A stretch of 64,000 bases of DNA from Selaginella moellendorffii (lineage: Eukaryota; Plantae; Lycopodiophyta): contig NW_003314334.1 of NCBI RefSeq assembly GCF_000143415.4, positions 389,614 through 453,613 on the forward strand, given 5' to 3'. Positions 45,201-55,955 of this stretch are shown piece by piece. Made by a program: the position numbers and the translations under genes. The notes under the pieces were generated by a model. The model did not search any database. It was not told the origin of the DNA and was given only the letters and a program-made list of their open reading frames with translations. Every line of letters begins with the position of its first letter. The stretch's first letter is position 1.

Positions 45201-47613
45201 GAGGCTCTTGTTGTGTTTTCGCATCTGTTTCTGCTTCCTCCTTGAATTCGTGCTGCTGAGGTTCTGGTTCCACGTTTTCTTCGGTCGCCCTCTGGGAGCT
45301 TTCAGCGGTTACCAACTGCGGATTTAAATGAGGTGCGTCCGCAAAACTGTGCTTCTTGCAAAACAATGAATCTTCTTTGGCTCTGTGCGTGCAGCGCCTC
45401 CCATACTTCGTGATCCCTTCGCATATCTTATCACCCGGCATTTTCGGAATAATCGTTGTCGAAGACTTCGGTGTAGCTGCGACGGCTTTCGGCGGCGGCG
45501 GCGGCGGTGGTGGTGGTGTATACTCCAGTTTTTTCACGCCTTCTATGCCGTCCCCAAAAGCCAAACTCATATGCTTGCAGCAGTACAGAGAGCCTTGGCT
45601 TGGAAACCGGGTGCACTGCCTTTTCTTCTTCTCCATATACGCAGCACAAAGCTGGTAGTTCGAGCTGAGCCTCTTACTGATAGGCGCTGTAGACTGATTT
45701 ATCAGCGAGCTCGAGCGGCCAGACAGGTCGTCATCCTCGGATTTCGGTACCGATGCTGGTGTCGACGTAAGTACTTCAGCGGATGGTGCTTTGGGCCTCT
45801 GTTGGTTGTCGGCAGTGTAGCCGTTCACTTCGTCTTCCTTTTTCACTGGGGTTGAGACGGGAATAAGTTGCGTTGGGTATCTTCGCCGAACATCTAGCTT
45901 CGACCTCTTTAGAGCCAGCTCCACGTTCGCTGCGTCCGAACTCAACCTCCGGCGCTTAAGAGTCTCGGAATCCGCAAACAGCGACGAGTCTGGCGTCATC
46001 GAGATGCTCGGATAGACGCTTCTGTTTTCGATCACTGCTCGCTTCCAATCTTTCCATTCTGTTCCAACAGCGGACTGTTCTGGTGCATCCCAAAGAGCAT
46101 GGACAGTTTCCCATAGGACAGCGTTTACCAGCTCCTGCAAAACAAAAAAGAAAACCGAGATTTAAAGTTCCGAAAGTATTACACACGTTATTGACCTTGT
46201 TAAGATGTTCAACGGTTTGTGCACTCTTAGCAACTTCACAGTCATTCTTCCACCTGTTAAAGCTTTCTTGAAGCCATGTCTCGTTATAGCACGTTAGCTG
46301 GATCATCTGCAATTACCTTAAGACATAAGCAGCACACCTTTTTCAAAACGTTACGTTACGCACCCCGAAAAGCTTGACAAGCATTTTGCTAACGTCTGAA
46401 TACTCTTTAGATTCCACGGCCTGGTTCGCAAAAGTCTTCCACGCGTTTACATTCTGAGCGCTATCTACGACTGCCTGCAAAATTACCACTGTTGGGAAAC
46501 CAAACCAAAAAACTATTCAGGAAAAACCTTAATGGGCAGGCGGTCGCTGATGTCAAGCATGTTGGCGGCCAAGACACGGAGCATGTGGTGCTTTGGAAGG
46601 TCGAGATTTTCCACCGCATCTCTACCGCTTTGATGTGTTCCAAAGGCGAGCGGCTCGGGACTCTCCGTGATATGGCAAGCATACTCAAGGTCCACCCAAG
46701 AGTACGTTCGAGAATTCGGAAAGAACACCACCACATATGTCTTCTTGCTGTACGTAGGCATGGCTCTCACCGTCGCGGACGAGCAATCGCTTGGGTAGCA
46801 CTGTATACAAGCTCGCCATTTCCCTCGCCACTGTAAAAGGAGAAAGAGAAAAAAAGCTCAGAGACTCAACAATTTACTGCCAGGCGAAATTCCAACTCTA
46901 GAACAAGAACCAAAATCATCCATCTTTGAAAGCCCCAAAAAGCATGCACCAAGAACTCATGCAGGGCCAGGTCAACTAATGATCGCGAGATTTAAATCCA
47001 TTACCCTAGGCACTAGATCCAGGACCTTGCACGAATGCTAGCTTCTATAAGATGCCTCGAATGCATGAAAGGAACTCAAAGAATCAACATACCCACCAAG
47101 AAAAAGAACGAACTTTGAGAAGAAGGAACTAAAGAATCGAAATTTACGCACCTTGACCCAAAGAGCTATTCCACCTTCCTGCGTCATGGTCGGCTCTTGC
47201 ATCTCACTTATGCCTATAATGCTCGTGGTAGTCGCGGAAACACCCTTTTTCTTACTCCATCCCTTAGGTCTTGCCTTACGTCCACCGTCCCCACTTGTAC
47301 TCACGACCCCAGTTAAACTTTTTCCACAACCCGGGCTGCCCTGTTCATCCTCCTCCAAAATTTCTTTCCCGGCCAAGTCTTTGGCAAGTTCTTCCTGGGA
47401 GCTCAGCACGCAGCCTAGCAAATCCCCATCGCTCTCGCTCCTCTTCACCTCTCCCAGCAGGAATTCCTTGGCCAGAATCCCATCCCCGGCCAAATCCTCC
47501 TCCACATTCTTGGAAATCGTCGCGGATGCCGCAATCACTTGCTCGTCATCGAAGTTTGAATAGTTGCAAAGGCAGCTATCGACGGCGGTGGTGACTGTAG
47601 CGCCATCCCCCAT
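42242..47613 (-). CDS. SUVR5: SUVR5-like histone-lysine methyltransferase (C2H2 fingers, pre-SET/SET/post-SET)
   Basis: LWVK/WRGKW, C2H2 fingers ([12 protein letters not shown]), [52 protein letters not shown]. Confidence 0.9.
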
Positions 47614-47980
47614 GGATTATCACCCTGGCGAGCTCCTGCAAAGATCTATTCCACTAAACCCTGCCCCGCGGAGACGATGCCGGCCCGGAGATTGCAGCCT
47701 TATACCTGGAAGATAGTTGCGAGCTTTGATCGTCGCGCTGGAGTGAATGGAATCGTCGCGGGAGGGAGGAAATATCGATGCGCGCGAGATGACCTAGCGA
47801 GAGCTTGGCGTGCCGGGGTGGATCACTCTCGACGATGGAACGAACTCGTCCTTACATTATTAAAGCCCTAAAACACAAACCCTAGTAGCAGCTAGTCGCC
47901 AAGCCCTTAAAAAAGAAAAATGTACCAAAGGGCAACAGTGTCTTCGTTTAGGGTAGTATTTTTTTTTTATTTTAAGGCTA

Positions 47981-48479
47981 TCAAGTGAGGAATGATCGAA
48001 GTGCTGCTACTGCGTCTCCCTTGTGCTCTCGCAGCGTTCTCTCGGCGATCTTCCTATCAATCTGGAAGAATTTGCAAGAGTGAGCAGGAGATCTTTGGAA
48101 GAACTTCGCAAAGAATACCTCGAGCTCATTCGCGATAACGTCAATGTGCGCTGGATCTATCTTCACAGCTGCGAGTTCTTTCTCCCTACAATGCAAAAAA
48201 ACACTTAAAGGAGAAAGAATCAGGCAAGAGAAACACAGCACCTTAATCTCTGGATGTCTCTATCGGCATCAGACGTCGCCGCAATCGAAGCCATGGCCTA
48301 GAAAACAGTCGCAAATTAAGACTTTCGCTAGATTTCGAAGAAAAAATTCCACTCACCTGTTGAACACGCGTAGAATCGAGCTGCCGCTCCTCCACATGAT
48401 CGGTAATCTTGTCTAGCGCCTTGGATTGCTGTTGCCTGTCCTTGGAATCGGGCGCGCGAGCCGGCTCCTCGTCCGCCAT
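47981..48479 (-). CDS. HYPK: HYPK-like (NatA-associated, UBA-like) protein
   Basis: QQQSKALDKITDHVEERQLDSTRVQ..REKELAAVKI..IANELE..AERTLREHKGDAVAALR. Confidence 0.85.
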
Positions 48480-48546
48480 TGCCCCAAGAGCCCTAAACCA
48501 AAAATCTCGTTGTTGCCCAAGAACCCTAATCTTAACTTTGACCATA

Positions 48547-50712
48547 TCAGTCAACGGCCCTGACCATCTTTGACTCGGAGAAAGTGTTGGCCATGAGCGC
48601 GTACGCTCCTGGATCTCTAGCGTCCAGCCGCAGCATCGCCTCAAATGCGAGCTTCCCAATCTCCAAGTTCCTCCACTTCCTCGCCGCGTTCATGATCGAC
48701 GTCCACACTGTCAAGTCCGGCTCGAAAGGCATGCTCTTTACCATCGCCACCGCCTCTTCCAGATGGTTTGCTCGAGCTAGAAGATCCACCACGCAAGTGT
48801 AGTGCTCCACGCTGGGAACCACCCTGTGATCCTCGGAGATCATCATCTGGAAGAACTCCATTCCTCTCTCCACCAATCCAGCGTGACTGCACGCCGTCAA
48901 GACGTGAAGGAAGACGATCCCATCGATCGCTACGCGCTCTCTTTTCAACCTCTCCACCACCTGGAACACCCCTTGAGTGTCACCCTGCTGGCTAAACCCC
49001 GCGACTAGAGCTCCCCAAGCCACCGAGTCTTTCCTCTGGATCGAATCAAACACTGCTTGAGCTTCCACCATGCTCCCACACTTCCCGTAGAAATCCACTA
49101 CTGCTGTTGCTAGAACCGTGTCCCTGGCCAGATCAATCCTGGGAGTGCTCGCTACTTCGCTGTGGATCTTCCTGCCGGTCGAGAGAGCTGCTAGATTCCC
49201 ACAAGCCTTGAGAGCCGCGACGTAAGTTAGAGCGTCCGGCTCAATCCCGCTACCTTTCATCTGTTCCAGGAGCTCCAGAGCGACTCTAGCTTCTCCTTGA
49301 GCGCTCTGTGCGTGTCCGAGGATCAGGGTGTTCCACGAGACCACGCTTCGTTGGATCATACCATCGAAGACCCGACGAGCTTCGACGAGTAGTCCACACT
49401 TGCAATACAGATCCAGCAGCGTGTTGGCTATGAATACGTCCTTCCTGTAAACGGACCTTAGCACCTGTGAGTGAAGAGCAAATCCTATCTCCAAACTCAC
49501 AACTTTGAGAAGCTCACCTCCAATCTGCGATGGTGTTTCTCGAGCAGCCAGAGAGCTGCAAGCTTTGAGAGCCGCGACGTAAGTTCGAGAGTCCGGTTCC
49601 ATCGGCTTTCCATCTCCGTGTTGCATCAGCTGGAAGAGCGTCAAGGCCAGGCGTTCTCGTCCATTCTGAGCCAGCGACAGTAGCATGATGTTCCACGAGA
49701 CTAAATCGCGAGTTTTCATCCTGTCAAACACCGCCAGTGCCTCCACAATCCTTCCACACTTCGAGTACATGTCGATCAAAGTGTTGGCCACGAACATATC
49801 CGCTGTATGACCCCTCTCTCGAGCCTGGGAGTGAATCTCCATTCCTTTTTCCAGGCTCTCCATCTTCACAAGCTCTCCATTTACGCGAGTACCTTCTTCT
49901 TTCTCCGCCAGGCCAATGCAAGCCTCAAGAGCAGCGACGAAAGTCCAAGAGTCTGGCGAGATCATACTCTCCTCTTCTTGCATCCTCGAAAACAATCTCA
50001 TGGCGAGCTCGCCCTCCCCGTTCTGAGCACACCCGATGATAATCGAGTTCCAAGTCACCACCGATCTCTTCTTCATCCGGTCGAAAACTTTCACTGCCTC
50101 GTCGACTTTGCCAACTTTGCAGTAGAGATTCACCAGCGAGCTCGCCACAAAGAGGTTGGATTCGTGTCCTCTCTTCGCTGCAAGAGCGTGTAGAGCCAGG
50201 GCCTTCTCTAGAGCACGCTCCTCCCGAAAAACCATCCCTCTGTCCATTTTCTTTGGAAGCTGCTTCCTCCGCCACTGTTCTTGCTCGGCCAAGCTCGTAC
50301 AAGCTCTCAGCGCCGCCACCATGCTACACGAATCCGGAAGAAATCCCTGTCCCTGCATTGCCTCGAAGAGCTCCAGCGCTAGCTCGCCCTCGCCACACTG
50401 GGCATACCCCAAAACAATGGTGTTCCAAGACACAAGGCTTCGCTGCTTCATCACGTCAAACACCGATCGCGCATCCGGCATGCTCCCAGCCTTGGCATAC
50501 ATATCGATCAGCGTGTTGGCCACGAAGAGATTCCCATCGCTCCCTGCCTCCACTGCGCGAGCGTGGATTCTCCTCCCGCTCTCCAGATCCCTGGAGCTGC
50601 TGCATGATTTCAACGCCGCAATGAGCTCCGTGATAGCGCCATTCTTCTTCCCTAGATTCTCCCGCTTCGCCCTGGCGATGGGATTCACCGAGGGATCGAG
50701 GATTTCCGCCAT
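48547..50712 (-). CDS. PLS-class PPR protein with elongated L motifs and E domain, no DYW
   Basis: 721-aa intronless ORF with P-L-S triplets; HYTCVVDLLARAN..MPFEPD..AYALMAN. Confidence 0.92.
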   Translation of the reverse strand: MAEILDPSVNPIARAKRENLGKKNGAITELIAALKSCSSSRDLESGRRIHARAVEAGSDGNLFVANTLIDMYAKAGSMPDARSVFDVMKQRSLVSWNTIVLGYAQCGEGELALELFEAMQGQGFLPDSCSMVAALRACTSLAEQEQWRRKQLPKKMDRGMVFREERALEKALALHALAAKRGHESNLFVASSLVNLYCKVGKVDEAVKVFDRMKKRSVVTWNSIIIGCAQNGEGELAMRLFSRMQEEESMISPDSWTFVAALEACIGLAEKEEGTRVNGELVKMESLEKGMEIHSQARERGHTADMFVANTLIDMYSKCGRIVEALAVFDRMKTRDLVSWNIMLLSLAQNGRERLALTLFQLMQHGDGKPMEPDSRTYVAALKACSSLAARETPSQIGGELLKVVSLEIGFALHSQVLRSVYRKDVFIANTLLDLYCKCGLLVEARRVFDGMIQRSVVSWNTLILGHAQSAQGEARVALELLEQMKGSGIEPDALTYVAALKACGNLAALSTGRKIHSEVASTPRIDLARDTVLATAVVDFYGKCGSMVEAQAVFDSIQRKDSVAWGALVAGFSQQGDTQGVFQVVERLKRERVAIDGIVFLHVLTACSHAGLVERGMEFFQMMISEDHRVVPSVEHYTCVVDLLARANHLEEAVAMVKSMPFEPDLTVWTSIMNAARKWRNLEIGKLAFEAMLRLDARDPGAYALMANTFSESKMVRAVD

Positions 50713-50933
50713 GCTGCTTACCGCATTTTTAGCAGGAACCCTAAATGATTAGAGCATATTCTGATCTATAAAAGAGAATATCCTGTCAAGCCCTACAAGA
50801 TTTGAAAAGAGAATAACCGAAACGACTATACTCTCTAGTTATAAAAGAAAATTTGTCTTGCAAAGTAGCTTACTTCCAAGCTAAAAGAGGGAACATACAA
50901 GTAGAACCACACCTCCTTTCACACAAACACCAC

Positions 50934-51213
50934 TTAATACCCATCGTCGTAAGAGCCGCGGCTCCCACCGTTGGATCGACCCCCGCCAGCGGGGCGATCG
51001 TACGGCCCAGACCTGCTCCGGCCACCGCCATCACGGGGTCTATTATACCCCCCGTTACCACGGTCACTCCCACCACCGTAGCGTCCGCTTCCACCTCGGT
51101 CACCGCCTCGGCTTCCACCATACTTGTCACCGCCGCCGCCGCCACCGCCGCTGGTACAGTCTCTCGCCCAGTGGCCACTCTCGCCACACTTAAAGCAGCC
51201 ACCGTTGCCGCCA

Positions 51214-51247
<34 letters not shown>

Positions 51248-52011
51248 TGCCGCTTCTTCTTCCATAGCCTCCGCCATCTCGGCCCCCATCTCGGCCTCCA
51301 TCGCGGTCTCGGCCACCGCCGCCGCCTCCTCCGCCGCCAGACTTTGGCTGGGCTTTACTCACAGTGATGGAGCGGCCGTCCAGATCTTTGCCGTGCATGC
51401 CATCAATCGCGTCTTGCATGGAGTTCTCGTCGCCAAAGGTGACGAAGCCAAAGCCGCGAGATCTTTCAGTGTCCCTGTCAAGCACCACCTACAAAGCAAG
51501 AAAAGAGTTCCAAAAGTTAGAACCTTTGCAAATCGAGCGAACAAAAACTAGCTACGAGCTCTACGAAAAACAAAACATCAAAGCTGCGTTAGTAGCATCA
51601 CACAGGCAAATCAAGCAAGCAGGAAATGAAAAAAAAAAAAGAAAGAAGCTTGCAAGAAGACTGAGCAAAAAATCCTTTTGCAACCATCCAGACATCCAAG
51701 TTTTTCTTGTGGAAAGAACGAGGACAGATTGGGGAGGCCAAGGGTTTCATCTGTCTCAGTATCCTACCTGTTTGGGGCCTGTAAAAAGAAGAACAATAGC
51801 AACTCTCTAGTAGCAAGAACAAGAGCGTAACAAAACCGGACGGGATCCAAAGAGAGAGCCAGCCACACAGAGATCATTTCAAAGTTTCCTTGAAAACCTT
51901 GGCTTCAATAACGGTGCCATAGGGGCTGAATGCGTCTTCCAGGTTGCGATCAGTGGTTGCCCAAGACAAACCCCCAACGAAGCACCGGAATTCATCGACT
52001 GCCGCCGCCAT
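50934..52011 (-). CDS. RZ-1: Glycine-rich RNA-binding protein with RRM and CCHC knuckle (RZ-1 type); intron 51489-51897
   Basis: [33 protein letters not shown], Gly/Arg/Asp-rich tail. Confidence 0.92.
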
Positions 52012-52281
52012 CGCGAGAATCTGCGCAAGAGCAAACGGCGGGAGGGATCGAGCTTCAACCACGGCAGATCTGGCGAGAGACTTACAAGTGGGGCGCGTAG
52101 ATCCGGACGAGAGCTGCGCGGCGCGACTGGCCCTAGGGTTATTCACTAGAGAAACCGACTCAAAAGCCAATCCAACGGTCAATATGTACGCTCAAGATCC
52201 AACGGCTGCAAACCATCCCTTGGTCTTATTGGATCAAACCCAACCTTGTGATATTTCTTTGATTGGAACAACGATTTTTTC

Positions 52282-54551
52282 TCATACATCGCCTTCCAAG
52301 CTCATCAGCTTCGAGTATGCTTTCTCGGAGATGGATCCCTTCTTCAATTTTTTCAAGAGCCTGTAGTCACTGTTAATCTCTTCCAGTTCTTCTCTATCTC
52401 TGTGCGAGCGCTTCTTTGTTCTCTTCGCGGGACGATCCTTTTGGTGCTTCGATGGCGCCAGAGCTTTTCTTTCTTCTCTCCTCGACGTATCTGGTTTCTT
52501 CTCGAGGTTTTTTCTCCTTTGCTTCTCCCGAGCTTTCTCCCTGAGAATGACAACGTTCATGATGGGAACAAAGCGAGTACTAACATGTACCGGTATGGAA
52601 TGGAATCGACGTCAATGTTCTCCACAGGAGTAAAATGCTGCGACGTGAGCACACCACGCTTTAGTTCTGGCATGGAAGGGAGTTGCAATAGACCGAAGCT
52701 CATGGCGACCTTTCCAAGTTCCAGTTGCTTCCATCTGCAGTTCACTCTCGTCACTGATCGATCAAACAGACAACTCTTACTGGAAGATAAAAGTGCAGTG
52801 GTGCTCTTTGTACGCTCGGAAGTAGGACACAAATGCCTTGAGTCCTTTCTCCATCACGTCCCTATCCTTCATAGCAGCGGCCCGTAACTGCAGAACGAGA
52901 ACAACAAACTGACTTTGTCCTTCTGCGAAGTCAAGCAAACCTTGGGTATAATATCAGGCACTTCAGTTTTCTCTCTCTTTTCTATCGGGACGTTTCTTAT
53001 ACGAAGGAACTCTGCGTAAGCGTCTTCCTACGAAATGGCCCCAGATTATAAACAAACAAACCACAAAAACTCGTTTCACCTTTGGAAGAAGAAAAACTAA
53101 AGCATCTCCCGCTCTTCCCATTCTGGCAGTTCGGCCGACCCTATGAACGAAAACGTTTGGGTCTTGGGGAGGATCATACTGTCACGCGAAAGAACAACGA
53201 TGTTATAAAACCACATATCATGATAAGGTTTCAAATACCTGCACGATCCAATCCACCCCAGGTATGTCCAGTCCACGAGCAGCCACATCTGTACAAAACA
53301 GCACTCCCGCAGGCATAGCGGTGAATTTTTCTAGAGCCTTTACTCTGACACTCTGAAAAACAGCTCCGCAAGTGTAAGGAGAAGAATAATAGGAACAGAA
53401 AATGTAACACTTACATACTTGTTTCATTTTCCCATGCAGTACAACTATCGGTACATCCTTGAGAGTCTTGAGCCGAGGAAGGACAGTGCCCCAGTAATCG
53501 ACAGAAGCACAGGTCATGAAATATCTATCAAAAGACAAAACAGTCGGAAAGAATAAATACAAGAAGCATAAACCTGTATCACTTACACAATAGTTTTCCT
53601 GGAGGCATTCTCTCGCAAGAAGTTGACAAGCTGCGAAGATTTCTCCTCACCTTCACATTCCAGGTACTGAACGAAACAAGCAAGAACAATCGCAAGAGCA
53701 ATAAAAGCCAAAGCATACCTCAATATTCAAACCGGCAGGCGTCTTAAAGGTAGTCGACGCTCCTTTCACTTCACTGCGAACCTCCACTCTTACAGGATTT
53801 CTCAACCCGGCCTTTGAAAGCTCCTCCACTGCCTGCGTCTGTGTTGCCGAGAAAAGTCCCGTTCGTCGTTGCTTTGGCAAGAGTTCTATGATGGCTGATA
53901 CTTGCCGCTGAAAGCCCATGTCAAGAAGCCTGTCAGCCTCATCGAGGATCAAAATCTGGAAAGAAACAATGAAAAGAGATGTTATCGTGTCAAGAGAACT
54001 TAGATCAGAAGTTCTTGCCTCGAGATGCCGAAACTCCAAAGCTGTCGATCGCTCCATGATATCATGAAGTCGTCCCGGTGTTCCAATGAGCACATTCCCG
54101 CCTTGCTCTTTCACTCTCTCCAGATCAGCTGTGACATCGGTTCCACCCACGAGCAGCAATGCCGTGAGATTTTCCAACGTTTTCACAAACTTTTGAGCGA
54201 CACCGAAAATCTGAGAAGCCAATTCCCTCGTTGGAGAGATTATCATCGCTCCCACCTACACATTCTCTTGTAAAAATCTCCAGCAAAGAAATCCCTGCGT
54301 ACCTCATTCCTCCTCAACGGCGTCGCGAGGCGGCGGAGAATCTCCACGACAGGAACCACGAACGCGAGCGTTTTCCCGGATCCAGTAGCGGCATCCACGG
54401 CCACATCCTTGAAGCTGCACAGCAGGGGGATCGTCGCGACCTGGACTGGCGTCGCGCGCGAGAATCCAAGCTGCTGCTCTAACACCCGGAGCGTCTCCGG
54501 CGAAAGCTTTGGCTCCAGCGCCGCGAATTCGATCTTCGTCACGACCTCCAT
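52282..54551 (-). CDS. RH18: DEAD-box RNA helicase RH18 (DDX55/Spb4)
   Basis: [70 protein letters not shown]. Confidence 0.9.
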
Positions 54552-54800
54552 TCCCTGCCAAGAACCCTAAACCCCGACCTTTATTAAACCGATAATGTGA
54601 TCTAAAGGAAAAGAAACCCATCGATTAAAAACGAAGTTTTTACCTGTCAAAGCTCGCTGGATCGCTACCAACTCGCTGGATCTATCACTGGAGTTCTTTG
54701 CTCGTACCAGTGAATCCATCAAACTCCAACTTTGGGACGAAGATCCAAACCGAAACACCCATCTTCGTTTCCAGCGCCTCAAGTTCCTGGCTCCTGTAAG

Positions 54801-55620
54801 ATGTCAATATCAGTAGACCCCGCAAACTTTAGCGTGTGTACCTTTCTTTTACTTCAGTATCTCTCTGAAATCCACCCCCATCCATATCCACAGTCCTCTC
54901 CCAGATCGAATGCAAACGAGTCTCCACGGTTTCCTAGCGAACTTCACGAGATGGTGTGTAGTAAGCTGCTTCCAGTAGAGGTAGCGCCGAGCTTGGCGCA
55001 CAGCAGCGGAGATAGATTCAAGCAACCTCTGCGAGTGCAGTGTCGCAATCTCTCGACCAAGCTGAATAGCAAAGTAGAGGATCCGTTAGTAGCAAAGAGC
55101 AAGCAAGGAAGTCTGGATTACCATGTCAACGTAGGCTATGCCATCAGGACTTTGCGGGAGGAGCTGCCTGTTCTGTTCCACAGAGATCTGAGCTATCAGA
55201 TATACAGGTAGGAGATGAGAATGAAGTAAAGGTAGAGTGGCTTACCTTATTTGGTGCAGAGAGGACATCTCTTTCAGAGATCCAGTGAACTGCTTTCACG
55301 GACTTGGGAACTACAAGTTTATTGTACAGGTGCTCCGGCTGAATGGTAGAATGCTCTTCAAGTCGATCTGGGTGGAAATCTTGAGCGTCTGGCAGCCTTC
55401 GGAGAGCACTATTGTGATCAGATGGTCTGTTCGCGGCATTCCACGAGTGCCGTGGGAAGCCAGAGGTCTCTTCGACGGCGTTTCCGAGTACAAACTGGAC
55501 AGTAAAGGAAAGATTTATGAGCACAAGGTACATAACGTTATCTTCAACTCACCTCCAAAATGCAAAGTTGCGACGACTGTCTCGGATCTTGTCGCAGCCA
55601 CTACGCACATGAATTACTAA
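54801..55620 (+). CDS. DUF2358 (SnoaL/NTF2-like) protein, 2 exons; start uncertain
   Basis: YHVNVGYAIRTLREELP..IYR/EDISFRDP..RWSVRGIPRVPWEARGLFDGVSEYKLDSKGKIYEHKVHN. Confidence 0.8.
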
Positions 55621-55955
55621 ATGACACTTGAAGTAGAGCTCATGGCAGAACAAAAGACAAGGTTTAACTCTTACAGCAGTGAGGCCGATAAAAATGAATA
55701 ATCACAACGAAAAGAATACAGCAAAACTCACTCGTCCTACGCATTGTACAAACACTCTCACAAAATGGAGTAAGTTTCCTGCAAGCGAATGTACACAGCT
55801 TTAAAACCAGCAATAACATAGAGAGGATGTTTACTCACCTGGAAGATGAAAATTCTGTTGCTTGTAAGGTCTGGTCACGCTACTAAGTCCTCCTCCCGGT
55901 ACTAAGTCCTCACGTCAGCCTTTTCACGCCAAAATTTGGAGCTTCCAAGTACGAC

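Noticed and set aside
8387-54551. RNA-metabolism cluster (VIR, PPRs, ZFWD, RZ-1, RH18)
   Set aside because: Different compartments and pathways; co-occurrence is expected in a gene-dense genome.
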